NCBI GenBank assembly: GCA_002269645.1
Contig: NIVC01000010.1
Coordinates: forward strand, 868,001 to 932,000
Direction: 5' to 3'
DNA from: Macrostomum lignano
Lineage: Eukaryota
Length of the DNA: 64,000 bases
Made by a program: the position numbers and the translations under genes. How positions within the stretch are numbered: the first letter of the stretch is position 1; every line of letters begins with the position of its first letter. The notes under the pieces are model-generated. The model did no database searches, was not told the DNA's origin, and saw only the letters and a program-made list of their open reading frames with translations. Shown piece after piece: positions 23,306-37,500 of this stretch.

Positions 23306-26300
23306 TCAATACTTTTCATAGTTGCTATCGCCGACCCGTTCGCCGCTGCTGCCGTAGCCAAACTTGGCCAAATCTCGTTCGATCTGTTCCGCCCGACTCT
23401 CGCCGTTAGTCTCGCCGACTGTCGAGCCGGAACTGTTTTTGAATCGTTCGTAGCTGGCGTAGAACGCATCGGACATTGCGGCCGGGCCGGTCATGCTGAC
23501 TCCTCCGCCAGTCTGCTCAGCCGAGGTGCCCAGGCCGCCGCCGCTGCCGCCGCTATAAAACGAAGTTGACGAAGTAGATCCCGACGACAAACTTGGCTGA
23601 CCACTAGGCGGGTGAGTTGGCGCAGGACTAGATGGGCTTGAATCCACAGACTTGTAGATTGCTAAAGCCTGTGATAAAAATTCAGTTATGAAATTTTCTG
23701 TCAATACTCAAAAGAGTCAAAAAATGCTTTAATGGGTTAAAAGAATCTCAGGGGTTTGGGGGACCAGTCGTAAAACTTTCTTATCTGAAAGGGCCAGCTA
23801 ATAAATCCAGCTCATGGCTGCGGGCCAGATGAGAGTGGAAAGGAGATGAAATGGAAAATGAGGGATGAAAGAAGAGAGGAGGGGCGAGAGAGAAGATTAG
23901 AGGAAAGATGGAAGAGGGGAGGGGAGGGGAGAGAAGGGGAAAAGAGAGATGGGAGAGGAGGGGAGAGAAGAGAAGAGAGAGAAGGGGAGAAGAGGAGAGA
24001 GGGGAGAAGAGGACAGAGGGGATAGAAGATGGGAGAGAAGAGGGGATAGGAGAGGAGAGGGGAGACGGGAGAGGGGAGAGGAGGGGAGAGAAGAGGAGAG
24101 AGGGAAGAGGAGGGGAGAGACGAAAAGAGAAGAGGAAAGAGGGGAGAAGAGGACAGAGGGGATAGAAGATGGGAGAGAAGAGGGGAGAGGAGAGGAGAGG
24201 GGAGACGGGAGAGGGGAGAGGAGGGGAGAGAAGAGGAGAGGAGAGAGGGGAGAGGAGGGGAGAAGAGTAGAGAGGGGAGACAAGATTGGAGAGAAGAGGG
24301 GAGATGAGAGGAGAGAAGAGGAGAGATGGGAGAGGAAGGGAGAGAAGAGAGGGGAGAGAAGGGGAGATGAGGAGAGAGGGGGAAGAGGAGAGAGGGGAGA
24401 CAAGATTGGAGAAAAGAGGGGAGAGGAGAGGAGAGAAGAGGAGAGATGGGAGAGGAAGGGAGAGAAGAGAGGGGAGAGAAGGGGAGATGAGGAGAGAGGG
24501 GGAAGAGGAGAGAGGGGAGACAAGATTGGAGAGAAGAGGGGAGAAGAGAGGAGAGAAGAGGGGAGAGGAGAGGAGAGAAGAGGAGAGATGGGAGAGGAAG
24601 GGAGAGAAGAGAGGGGAGAGAAGGGGAGAAGAGGAGAGAGGGGGAAGAGGAGAGAGGGGAGACAAGATTGGAGAAAAGAGGGGAGAGGAGAGGAGAGAAG
24701 AGGAGAGATGGGAGAGGAAGGGAGAGAAGAGAGGGGAGAGATGGGGAGAAGAGGAGAGAGGGGAGAAGAGGAGAGAGGGGAGACATGATTGGAGAGAAGA
24801 GGGGAGAGGAGATTAGAGAAGAGGAGAGAGGGGAGAAGAGGGGAGAAGAGGAGAGAGGGGAAGAGGAGAGAGGGGAGACAAGATTGGAGAGAAGAGGGGA
24901 GAGGAGAGGAGAGAAGAGGAGAGATGGGAGAGGAAGGGAGAGAAGAGGAGAGAGGGGAGAAGAGGAGAGACGCAAGGAGAGATCGCACGCAAGCTGGCGA
25001 GGAGAGATAGGCCGAGGCGGGCACAACGCACGGGGCTAAAAAGGCCCAACAGACACCCACCCCCGCCCCAGGGGCGGCGCACCCACCCCCGGACCAAGCA
25101 CCCCCAAACACGGGCGACGACAAGCCCCCCCCGGCCCCGCTAACAGCGATTGGCCAGCCAATCTACACTAATAAACAATGAAAAGCCCACCTGAGCAACC
25201 ATGCTTGCAATATCACCAGACTGGGCCGGCAATAGCACAGTATTAGTAGACTTGGCCAATTTGCTAAACGCTTCAATGTATTTCTCAGCGATGGTCATGG
25301 ACACAACGCTGGATCCGTTGGCCTGATTGAGCGAGTCGGCTACTGACCGGATCGCTTGAGCCCGGGCCTCGGCTAAGCGAATGATAGCTTCGCTCTCGCC
25401 CAGCGCTTTGTTCAGCACCTCGCGTTGAAATGCTTCGGAAGCCAAGATCTGGGCCTGCTTCTTGCCTTCGGCTACGTTGATATCGGAATTGCGAATGCCC
25501 TCGGACTCGAGGATGGCCGCCCGCTTGCGCCTGTCCGCCTCCACCTGAGCGGGTGAGAGCACAGATTCAACTGCTCGCGTGTTGATGCTCGTCCATCGGA
25601 TCTCATCTCATCTCATCTCACCCATAGTATCCTTTCCCTTCTATCATATCATCCATAGTATCGTATCTTATCTCACCCTTAGTTTCTTATTCTATCTCAT
25701 TCCTCGTATCTTATCGCATCTCACCCTTTATTATCGAAGCTAAACTCATCTCATCACTAGTATTTTATCTCATCTAATCCCTAGTATCTTATCTCATCCC
25801 TAGTATATTATCTCATCTCATCCCTAGTATCTTATCTCACCCTTAGTATCTTATCTCATCTCATCCCTAGTATCTTATCTCATCTTATCCCCAGTATCTT
25901 ATCTTATCTCTAGCATCTTTTCTTATCCCATCGCTAGTATCCTATCTCATCTCATTCCTAGTATCTTATCTCATCTCATCTCACGCCTCGTATCTTATCT
26001 TATCTTACGCCTCGTATCTTATTTCATCTCATCCCTCGAATTTTATAATCTCATTTCTAGTATCTTATCCCATCCCTTGTATCATATCTCATCCCTTGTA
26101 TCTTATCTCATCTCATCGTACCCCTCATATCTATCTCATCTCATCGCTAGTATCCTATCTCATCTCATCGCTAGTATCCTATCTCATCTCATCGCTAGTA
26201 TCCTATCTCATCTCACCATCTCATCTCATCTCAGCCGTTTTTGCTAAAATCGATCGCATATCTAGATAGATAGATAGATACCGACAGACCATATATGGAT

Positions 26301-29300
26301 ATACATGTATATGCATGCATCCATATATATATGTATATGGATCTCATCTCACCCCTCGTATCTTATCTCGTCCCATCCCTAGAAGTGTAGAGTATTATAT
26401 CTCCCAGAAAAGTTATTTAAAATTGTTAACGTACTACTTAAATAGTAGTAATTTGAGGAGCATGTATAAGGATATGCGCTGAACCATACATATATTCGAA
26501 TTAACCAATAGAAAGAGAGAAATCTCGAGCATGCTAATTTTAGAAATCACCCAATCACGTGCGACCAACAACTGTCAATTCAAACCCCACCTTCAAGTCA
26601 TCATTTGGTTTGCACTCGGGTTGCACCCGGATGAACCAATCAAAGTCTACCAGCTACGGTAACCAATCATGCGCTTTTACAGTAGACTAGTTGCGCAACT
26701 TTCTACCCTGTCATGCTTGACAGCCACCGAATCGTGACCCTTTGACATTTGCGAAGACAGTGATGTACGACCTCGAGAGAGGTATGAACGCCTATAAATA
26801 CAAGTGGTCCGGAACGGACCCGGAGCCACAATTCCTCCGGAAGGAGAAGAGCTCCGAAGAGGAAGCCACTACAGGACTTCCTACAGAAGACTCGTCGAGT
26901 TCTTGCGGTAAGCCTTACTCATTTGCGCCTGTGTTTTGAGACGTCTCGTTGGAGTTTAGTTTGAGTCTGTTGAGACTCCTGAGTCTGTTTAGACTCTACT
27001 GGTTGCAGTCTCCAGAAGGACTGCCCCTGATAGATCTTAGAAGACTATCAGTGGTTTCCGGAGCTATACCTAGAGTGCATAGAGGCACTGCTAGGAGTAG
27101 GCTTATGTTAAACGCGCAGGGTACCCGTTGTTAACTTGGAAGCTTCCGATTGGTCCGAACTACAGATAACCGGCCGGCAAGAAGTCAAGGAGACAATTGC
27201 AAGAGCGGACCAGATCAACTGTTGACCGGCGCCCGGAATTCCTGAAGGACAGGAACGCTACTGATAGCGAGATCAACGAACAAGGAGTATTGACGAGAGC
27301 TCTCAGTTAAGGACTCAAGGTAATTGAATACCTTCTGTTGACGTACTGGGTTGCCTAGCTACTGAGCTAGAAGTGAGTGTTCTTTGATTACCAAAAGTCG
27401 GGTAATAAGGAACACATCAGAAGCTTATCTCTAGTATCAATTATCTTATCTTGTCCCTGGTATCTTGTCTTAACTCATCCCTAGTATATTATCTCATCTC
27501 ACCCCTCGTATCTTATATCATTTCATCTCTCAACCCATATTATTTTTATCTTATCGATATTAAATCACAATCCGAATACATCCTAGTATTATCTAGTCTC
27601 TCACACAGATCTGTTTAATATCTTCAAACAAAGGATGGCCTTTTCGCAAGCTTGACAACAACTTTTCAGTTTGAGAATAGAACAGCTCACCTGAGTCTGC
27701 ATAGCATCTTTAATTTTCGGCGGCAATATAATGTCCCGAATCTCGTAGCGCAAACAATTAATACCCCAGGGCTCGCTGGCCTGGTTAATAGTCTCAACAA
27801 TGGCCCGATTAAGACTGTCCCGTTCGCGGAATACGCTGTCCAATGAGATTTTGCCCAACTCTGAGCGCATAGTGGTCTGAGCCAGTTGAGTCATAGCAAA
27901 CTCAGCGTCCTCAATGCCATAGGAAGCTTGATAAGGATCGAATACTTTGAGAAACAGTACGCCGTTGATCTGCAAAGTGACATTGTCCACCGTGATAGCC
28001 GGCTGGTCGGGAATGTTAATAGGAATCTCTTTCAGGCTCTGTATGTAAGCAATGCGGTCCACTACAGGCAAGCAGAAGTTCAGGCCGGGATTCAATATCC
28101 GGCTGAACTTGCCAAATCGTTCAATAATCCAGGCCTCCTGCTGCGGCACAAACATTATGCCCGTGTTGCGGGGCAACCGGCGACCCGTGGTGAACTGGCG
28201 GCGCTGTTGGCGTTGCTTGGTAACGGAGAAAGAAATGATCGAATGCAAGTAATTAACAGCAAAATTAATAATAGATTTCTACTAGCCTAAGGATTTTCTA
28301 CCCTAAAATTGAATGGTTTGCTTTTCTAATTACTAAATTTCAAAAGATCATGCACCTTCTAATGACCTAATGACTGATTGAAGTCAAAGATCATGCACCT
28401 TCTAATGACCTAATGACTGTAGGAAGTCAAAGATCATGCACTTTCTAATGACCTAATGACTGATTGAAGTAAAAGATCATGCACCTTCTAATGACCTAAT
28501 GACTGATTGAAGTCAAAGATCATGCACCTTCTAATGACCTAATGACTGTAGGAAGTCAAAGATCATGCACTTTCTAATGACCTAATGACTGATTGAAGTA
28601 AAAGATCATGCACCTTCTAATGACCTAATGACTGTAGGAAGTCAAAGATCATGCACTTTCTAATGACCTAATGACTGATTGAAGTAAAAGATCATGCACC
28701 TTCTAATGACCTAATGACTGATTGAAGTCAAAGATCATGCACTTTCTAATGACCTAATGACTGTAGGAATTCAAAGATCATGCACTTTCTAATGACCTAA
28801 TGACTGATTGAAGTCAAAGATCATGCACTTTCTAATGACCTAATGACTGATTGAAGTCAAAGATCATGCACTTTCTAATGACACCTAATGACTGTAGGAA
28901 GTCAAAGATTATGCACCTTCTAATGACCTAATGACTGTAGGAAGTCAAAGATCATGCACTTTCTAATGACACCTAATGACTGTAGGAAGTCAAAGATTAT
29001 GCACCTTCTAATGACCTAATGACTGTAGGAAGTCAAAGATCATGCACTTTCTAATGACACCTAATGACTGTAGGAAGTCAAAGATTATGCACTTTCTAAT
29101 GATCTAATGACTGTAGGAAGTCAAAGATCATGCACTTTCTAATGACCTAATGACTGTAGGAAGTCAAAGATCAGCAATTTCCAATAACCTAATAAATGAG
29201 CAATATTTTACAACAAAAAGCTCAATGCTACAAGATACAACACAATGAGAGAACTCACTCCAAGGTGAAAGCCATTCAGTGCCACAATGTGATAGGTAGC

Positions 29301-29405
29301 GGCAGTTGCTAGGCAGTCAGAGGGCACGGGCAAGCGCCGGGAATGAGCAGGCATCAAACGAGCCATACTCAAGCCAATTCGACATGCAGTCAGAGAGCTG
29401 CTCAT
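23306..29405 (-). CDS. STOML2: Stomatin-like protein 2, mitochondrial (~462 aa)
   Basis: Exons 29259-29405 (Arg/Ser-rich presequence), 27691-28215, 25191-25544, 23306-23668. SPFH motifs RNTGIMFVPQQEAWIIERFGKF, AMTQLAQTTMRSELGK, VEADRRKRAAILESEG, AEKYIEAFSKLAK...SMVAQ|ALAIY. Exon 1 is less certain than the others. Confidence 0.93.
23850..24975. repeat. Polypurine/polypyrimidine (GA-rich) tract
   Basis: About 1.1 kb of almost pure G/A on the plus strand, in STOML2 intron 3. Confidence 0.93.
25600..27590. repeat. Degenerate (CTCAT/CTTAT) repeat interrupted by the solo LTR
   Basis: CATCCCTAGTATCTTATCT-type units on both sides of 26386-27419. Confidence 0.8.
26386..27419 (+). mobile_element. Solo LTR (1034 bp) in STOML2 intron 2
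   Basis: TG...CA termini with 4-bp TSD GAAG (26382-85 and 27420-23); removing it restores the flanking repeat. Contains CCAAT boxes at 26505, 26551, 26636, 26663, TATAAATA at 26793-26800 and a GTAAGC donor at 26908. Confidence 0.8.
28325..29172. repeat. 43-bp minisatellite in STOML2 intron 1
   Basis: Unit AAAGATCATGCACCTTCTAATGACCTAATGACTGATTGAAGTC. Confidence 0.95.
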
Positions 29406-29589
29406 ATCGTCCTTTGTTGTTATAAAATCCAAAATATTTTTAGGATAAATAAGGTGGTTTACAGACTAGTTGTAAATGCAGATGCTGAAATGATTGTTTT
29501 AACTTTTGCACTTCGAAACAGATATAAACTAATTATAAAATTTTGTGAATGCGGCTCTCAAAAGCATGAATCTTTAAATATATTATTTT

Positions 29590-29900
29590 TTCGAGATTTC
29601 GAGAAGATTCGAGATAGTGTGAAGTTTCGAGCTTTTGAAGATTCGATATTGTGTGAAGTTTCGAGCTTGTGAAGATTCGAGATTGTGTGAAGTTTCGAGC
29701 TTGTGAAGATTCGAGATTGTGTGAAGTTTCGAGCTTGTGAAGATTCGAGATTGTGTGAAGTTTCGAGCTTGTGAAGATTCGAGATTGTGTGAAGTTTCGA
29801 GCTTGTGAAGATTCGAGATTGTGTGAAGTTTCGAGCTTGTGAAGATTCGAGATTGTGTGAAGTTTCGAGCTTTTGAAGATTCGAGATTGTGAATTTTCGA
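29590..29900. repeat. 34-bp minisatellite
   Basis: Unit TTGTGAAGATTCGAGATTGTGTGAAGTTTCGAGC. Confidence 0.92.
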
Positions 29901-30509
29901 TTTTTCAAAGCTTAGCGTTTTAAGGGTCGTCTAACTTAAAAAAGTAATATCTTAAGTCTTTGTTTAGCACTCTGGCTAAATAGTTTAAGTGACACAATTA
30001 CAGCTTAATCTTACTTGTCTTCTATAATATCCTATCGCTGTGAAACTATACGTAAAATATTAAAATTAGTAAACTAGACTAGACAATGTAATAAACAAGA
30101 AACTGCATATATAACACATTTATTTATTTCTGTCACCAGGCATACTTGAGGGGGCATGCACAGATTTTCATGTTTGACAAACAAATTTTGGCAAAAGAAA
30201 TTAATCAATAAAGAAACAAAGCAAAAATAATAATATAGTAAAAAATTAAAACACAAGAAAGAACTGGAAACTCAATGCAGAAGTTCACTAGTTAGCAACA
30301 TATTTTATATATAATATTGACCCTAAATATACCACATTTAAGTGCGCACGGTTTCCTATAAATGCAAACTTATAAACATACGACTTTAAAATCGACGAGA
30401 TGTTTGTGATGAGCGAATCACAATTCACGTGATGCGCTCGAGACTCGACAGTCGCCTCTCTGCCGTTCAAGTCGTTTTAAAAGTCACTAGTGAGTTGTTT
30501 GCTATACCA

Positions 30510-31415
30510 GTTGTTGACTGACTGACTGAGCTGATTGACCATCTGACTGAGCTGATTGAGCATCTGACTGAGTTGATTGAGCATCTGACTGAGCTGATTG
30601 ACCATCTGACTGAGTTGATTGAGCATCTGACTGAGTTGATTGACCATCTGACTGAGCTGATTGAGCATCTGACTGAGTTGATTGACCATCTGACTGAGCT
30701 GATTGAGCATCTGACTGAGTTGATTGAGCATCTGACTGAGTTGATTGAGCATCTGACTGAGTTGATTGAGCATCTGACTGAGTTGATTGAGCATCTGACT
30801 GAGTTGATTGACCATCTGACTGAGCTGATTGACCATCTGACTGAGTTGATTGAGCATCTGACTGAGTTGATTGACCATCTGACTGAGCTGATTGAGCATC
30901 TGACTGAGTTGATTGAGCATCTGACTGAGTTGATTGACCATCTGACTGATTGAGCATCTGACTGAGCTGATTGAGCATCTGACTGAGCTGATTGACCATC
31001 TGACTGAGTTGATTGAGCATCTGACTGAGTTGATTGAGCATCTGACTGAGTTGATTGAGCATCTGACTGAGTTGATTGAGCATCTGACTGAGTTGATTGA
31101 GCATCTGACTGAGTTGATTGAGCATCTGACTGAGTTGATTAAGCATCTGACTGAGTTGATTGAGCATCTGACTGAGTTGATTAAGCATCTGACTGAGTTG
31201 ATTGAGCATCTGACTGAGTTGATTGAGCATCTGACTGAGTTGATTGAGCATCTGACTGAGTTGATTGAGCATCTGACTGAGCTGATTGAGCATCTGACTG
31301 AGTTGATTGAGCATCTGACTGATTGAGCATCTGACTGATTAAGCATCTGACTGAGTTGATTGAGCATCTGACTGAGCTGATTGAGCATCTGACTGATTGA
31401 GCATCTGACTGACCT
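30510..31415. repeat. 21-bp minisatellite
   Basis: Unit TGATTGAGCATCTGACTGAGT. Confidence 0.95.
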
Positions 31416-31495
31416 GAGTATGGGTCGTATGACTATTTATTGCGATTTTTGTCACGTTAAAGCTTTTCATAAGAAGTGACAGTTTCATTAATCGA

Positions 31496-33821
31496 TCAAC
31501 CCTTCCAATCGAAATCCCATTCTTCATCTGGTATGCCAGCTAGTAGGGCTTCAACATCCACTTCATCATCATTCTGCGTCTGTTGCTGAGCCTTAGCTGA
31601 ATTGCTGGCTACATTCAGTCTACTAGAAGAAGAACCAGCAGCAGCAGAAGCGGAAGCAGCTGGCGACGCGACGCTAGCAGCGGATGGGCCAAAAAAATGA
31701 GCCAATTGCAGTTGCTCCTTTCGCTTCTTGATTTCTGTTCGCTTGTATCTGAAAATTATGCACAAACTCTGCATTGATTTGAGCAGCTTTCGGCCTGACT
31801 TTGAGTAATCTTTTGCGTCCTACCTCTTGGCCAGAGGCTCCTGCTGCTCACTATGATCGCCTTCGGTCTCAGCATCCGCAGCTGCCTGATGAGGAACTCC
31901 ATTCTCCGACTCAAACAGAGCCTTGTTAGCCTCATCTTCGTCAACCATAGCCTGATAGAAATCCGTAATGCAGGCCTGCTTATCGGCGCTCAGATGCAAA
32001 TAGGCCGTCTCCGCGTCGCGAAATGTCTCGCGATTGAGGCCGGCCGAGCCCAGCACTGCCAGCTTGCGCTGCACCAGCGGCCACAGGTGATCGTCAGCTG
32101 TGCCCTGGTAAGCGGGGGGTGAAGGCTGACTGACTGACTGGCTGACTGGCTGACTGACTGACTGACTGACTATCTGACTGACTGGCTGACTGACTGACTG
32201 ACTGACTGGCTGACTGACTGGCTGACTGGCTGACTGACTGACTGACTGACTGACTGGCGGACTGACTGGCTGACAGGCTGACTGACTGACTGGCTGACTG
32301 GCTGACTGAATGGCTGACTGACTGACTGACTGACTGACAGGCTGACTGACTGACTGACTGGCTGACTGACTGACTGACTGACTGACTGGCTGACTGACTG
32401 ACTGACTGACTGACTGACTGGCGGACTGACTGGCTGACTGACTGACTGACTGAATGACTGACTGACTGAATGACTGACTGACTGACTGACTGACTGACTG
32501 ACTGACTGAATGACTGACTGACTGACTGACTGACTGACTGACTGACTGACTGACTGACTGAATGACTGACTGACTGACTGACTGACTGAATGACTGGCTG
32601 ACTGGCTGACTGACTGACTGACTGACTGACTGGCTGACGGACTGACTGACTGATTGAGCATCTGACTGAGTTGATTGAGCATCTGACTGAGTTGATTGAC
32701 CATCTGACTGAGTTGATTGAGCATCTGACTGAGTTGATTGAGCATCTGACTGAGTTGATTGAGCATCTGACTGAGTTGATTGAGCATCTGACTGAGTTGA
32801 TTGAGCATCTGACTGAGTTGATTGACCATCTGACTGAGTTGATTGAGCATCTGACTGAGCTGATTGACCATCTGACTGAGTTGATTGAGCATCTGACTGA
32901 GTTGATTGAGTATCTGACTGAGTTGATTGAGCATCTACTGAGTTGACTGAGAATGACCTGACTTTGGCTGATTGGTGAGTGAGAATAAGCAGGTATAACG
33001 CTCACCTGCGCCACTAGGTAGTGCACACAGACGGAGTTCTGCTGCCCAATGCGGTAGGCCCGATCCTCGGCCTGCAGCAGGATGCCGGGATTCCAGAATA
33101 GCTCGCCGAACACCACAAGAGAGGCGGCCGTCAGATTGACTCCAGTGCCAGCCGCCGTGATGCTTAGCAAGGCCACTCGAACGTTGGCCCGAGTCTGGAA
33201 GGCTTCGGCGAATGCGTGCCGCGCCTCCGGCTGGGTGCGACCGTCGATTCGAATCCTATCGACGCTTTTGTCGGCGAGCATCGAGTCCAGCTCGTCTAGG
33301 AATTCGGAGTGGTGCGCGAATACGAGAAATTTGCGAGTCTCTGACGCTTCGAGTAGGTCGAGGATGTACTGCTTCACGGCGGACACCTGCGGGGCCGACG
33401 CGGTGCAAAAAAGGCATGGGATGAGTAATAGTTCGTTTGTATAGATGAATGAAAAGATCTCACTGTTGGTGCGTTAGATTCCATGCATTGATAATTGTCT
33501 TTCAGGTGTATTTTATTTCTGTCTGTCTGTTTGTTTGTCTGTCTGTGTGTCTGTGTGTCTGTCTGTGTGTCTGTCTGTCTGTCTGTGTGTCTGTCTGTCT
33601 GTCTGTCTGTCTGTGTGTCTGTCTGTGTGTCTGTCTGTCTGTCTGTCTGTCTGTGTGTCTGTCTGTCTGTGTGTCTGTCTGTCTGTCTGTGTGTCTGTCT
33701 GTGTGTCTGTCTGTCTGTCTGTCTGACTGTCTGTCTGTCTGTCTGTCTGTCTTAGTGTCTGTCTTAGTGTCTGTCTGTCGGTCTGTCTGTCTTAGTTTCT
33801 GTCTGTCTGTCTGTCTTAGTT

Positions 33822-33884
<63 letters not shown>

Positions 33885-33933
33885 TAGTTTCTGTCTGTCT
33901 GTCTGTCTGTCTGTCTGCCTGTCTGTCTTAGTT

Positions 33934-33999
<66 letters not shown>

Positions 34000-34003
34000 C
34001 GTG

Positions 34004-34038
<35 letters not shown>

Positions 34039-34115
34039 GTGTCTGTCTGTCTGTCTGTGTGTCTGTCTGTCTGTCTGTCTGTCTATCTGTCTGTCTGTCT
34101 GTGTGTCTGTCTGTG

Positions 34116-34146
<31 letters not shown>

Positions 34147-34147
34147 G

Positions 34148-34186
<39 letters not shown>

Positions 34187-34187
34187 G

Positions 34188-34268
<81 letters not shown>

Positions 34269-34309
34269 TAGTTTCTGTCTGTCTGTCTGTCTGCCTGTCT
34301 GTCTTAGTT

Positions 34310-34352
<43 letters not shown>

Positions 34353-34355
34353 GCC

Positions 34356-34419
<64 letters not shown>

Positions 34420-34457
34420 GGTCTGTCTTAGTTTCTGTCTGTCTGTCTGTCTTAGTT

Positions 34458-34522
<65 letters not shown>

Positions 34523-37500
34523 ATGTCTGTCTGTGTCTTTCTGTCTGTCTTAGTATCTCTAAAACAGCTCTATAGTGGTTAGTGCGAGAAACTAAAAGTA
34601 GTGAGCTCTGAGCTCACTAGACGACTTTTATATTTTTGGTAGAAGCGAACGTGAGAATAATTGATGCATAAAAGCACAGGGGGTTTTACAAGAACGCACA
34701 CACTAGTCACGCTCAATGAAGCATCGTCAGTCAATCGATAAAAATAAAACAGCGAGTGTACTCAATGTACACCCGCTGAGTCACGCGATACGACAGTACC
34801 TGTCTGTCTGTCTGTCTGTCTATGTATCTATCTGACTGTTTTGGTGTCAAATTTACTGTCTGTTGGAGTGTTGGTCTATCTACATACTCTAGTGACAGCT
34901 TACTTTAAATTAACAGCCAGTAGCGTACCTTGACCCGGGCGGTACCGTGAAAGTACTCCAGCAATAAGCCGCGCTTCTCAGCAGCCGACCGATTCTCATT
35001 AGCAGATTGTTCGACATTCTTAGCGAGACCGCTAAGTGATTCGCGTCGTTTCAGACTGGTGGGATCGAGCACCACCTGAAGGGAGTTCGAGTGAGCTGAA
35101 GACATTGGGCGATTCTCATGTTGAGATCTATGGGAGATTCTCATGCTGACATCTATGGGCGATTTTCATGCTGAGATCTATGGGCGATTTTCATGCTGAG
35201 ATCTATGGGCGATTTTCATGCTGAGATCTATAGGCGATTTTCGTGCTGAGATCTATGGGCGATTTTCATGCTGAGATCTATAGGCGATTTTCGTGCTGAG
35301 ATCTATGGGAGATTCTCGTGCTGAGATCTATGGGCGATTCTTGTGCTGAGATCTATAGGCGATTTTCATGCTGAGATCTATGGGCGATTTTCATGCTGAG
35401 ATCTATAGGCGATTTTCATGCTGAGATCTATGGGCGATTTTCATGCTGAGATCTATAGGCGATTTTCGTGCTGAGATCTATGGGAGATTCTCGTGCTGAG
35501 ATCTATGGGCGATTCTTGTGCTGAGATCTATAGGCGATTTTCATGCTGAGATCTATGGGCGATTTTCATGCTGAGATCTATAGGCGATTTTCATGCTGAG
35601 ATCTATGGGAGATTCTCGTGCTGAGATCTATGGGAGATTCTCGTGCTGAGATCTATAGGCGATTCTTAGAGGTATTGAAATAAGACAGACGCACCATCTG
35701 TCGCCTCTTAGCCGGCAGCTGGTCCAGCACGTCAGATTTCAATCGCCGAATCATAAGCGAATCCTCCAGCAACAATTGCAGCTCCGGCATATTCGAACTA
35801 CCCGAATAATCCGTGCCCCAGGCCCGTTGCTTTGGATCGCAATAGCGCTGACCGAATTCGTGAAAGCCGCCAGGGAATAATCTAGGCCTAATCATAGACA
35901 TCTGAGTGTAGAGCTCGGCCGGCCTGGATAGAGCCGGAGTGCCGGACAACAGCAGAAGGCGCCTGGCATTTTTAGTTACACGAACGGCCGCTTTGGAACG
36001 AGCTGCTTTTGGATTCTTCAAGAAGTGACTCTCGTCAAATATGATAGTTGAATAAGAGCGGGACGCCAGCTGATCTGCGCAGCGAGATAGTAGATCGTAG
36101 CTCACAATGGTTATGGGCACGTGGCAGCTTTGCGATGTCAGGGCTTTGCTGTTGTCTAGCACCTATAGCGAGTGTGTAAATTGTTGCAAAGACTCGATTA
36201 CAGATCAAGCGGATTTCAAACTCAAATGGACTTTAAGTTTCAATTATAAGACACAAAAGCCAGCCTTAAAAGGCGTCAAACAACTATGACAATTGAAAAC
36301 AATCTTATACAATACTATTCAACAAGTTTCTAATTAATTTTTGGATCTTTGTCATAGGTTAGCACAAAAAACGTAAGAAGTCTTTGCCATTTCTTAGCTC
36401 CCAAATGCAAGAAGTCTTTGTCATTATTTAGCACCCAAACGCAACAAGTCTTTGTCACTGTTTAGCACCCAAACACAAGAAGTCTTTGTCATTATTTAGC
36501 ACCCAAACGCAACAAGTCTTTGTCACTCTTTAGCACTCAAACGCAACAAGTCTTTGTCATTATTTAGCACCCAAACGCAACAAGTCTTTGTCATTTCTTA
36601 GCACCCAAACGCATTAAGTCTTTGTCATTATTTAGCACCCAAACGCAACAAGTCTTTGTCACTGTTTAGCACCCAAACGCAACAAGTCTTTGTTACTGTT
36701 TAGCACCCAAACGCAACAAGTCTTTGTCACTGTTTAGCACCCAAACGCATAACAAGTCTTTGTCACTACCCAAACGCAACAAGTCTTTGTCACTGTTTAG
36801 CACCCAAACGCAACAAGTCTTTATCACTGTTTAGCACCCAAACGCAACAAGTCTTTGTCACTGTTTAGCACCCAAACGCAACAAGTCTTTGTTACTGTTT
36901 AGCACCCAAACGCAACAAGTCTTTGTCACTGTTTAGCACCCAAACGCATAACAAGTCTTTGTCACGACCCAAACGCAACAAGTCTTTGTCACTGTTTAGC
37001 ACCCAAACGCAACAAGTCTTTATCATAGCACACCAAAATACTGTCTAACTTACACTAGGCCTGCTCCGTGGGCCTCAGTGTAAAGTGTGTTAATCCCACA
37101 CCTCCCCCTTCACCCACCTCTCCTCCGCCGCGTGCCGGGGGTTCTTAAACCCAGTATTTTCTGGCTTGGCCGTCTGCGTGCAAGTGCTCTGATTTTTTTA
37201 TTTTTTATTTCTCTTGTTTTATTCTCCCCGCTTTTATCGATCATTTTCGAATTCGACGTATGCACGTTTATTTATTGCGAAAAATAAATGCAACATCCAA
37301 AGGGGTCGCCTTCCCCACCTCGTCGCTGCTTTGTGCTCGCTGCCAACCCACCGCCTTTGCCTTCCTTTTGCTGCTTGTGGGGTTGCGCGATAAAGCACGT
37401 CTTTGTCATAGCTTAGCATCAAAATACAGTTCAGGTCTTTGTCATAGCTTAGCATCAAAATACAGTTCAGGTCTTTGTCATAGCTTAGCATCAAAATACA

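Noticed and set aside
23306-23704. 132-aa ORF as a separate gene
   Set aside because: It is the last exon of STOML2 (acceptor at 23668; ALAIY continues SMVAQ).
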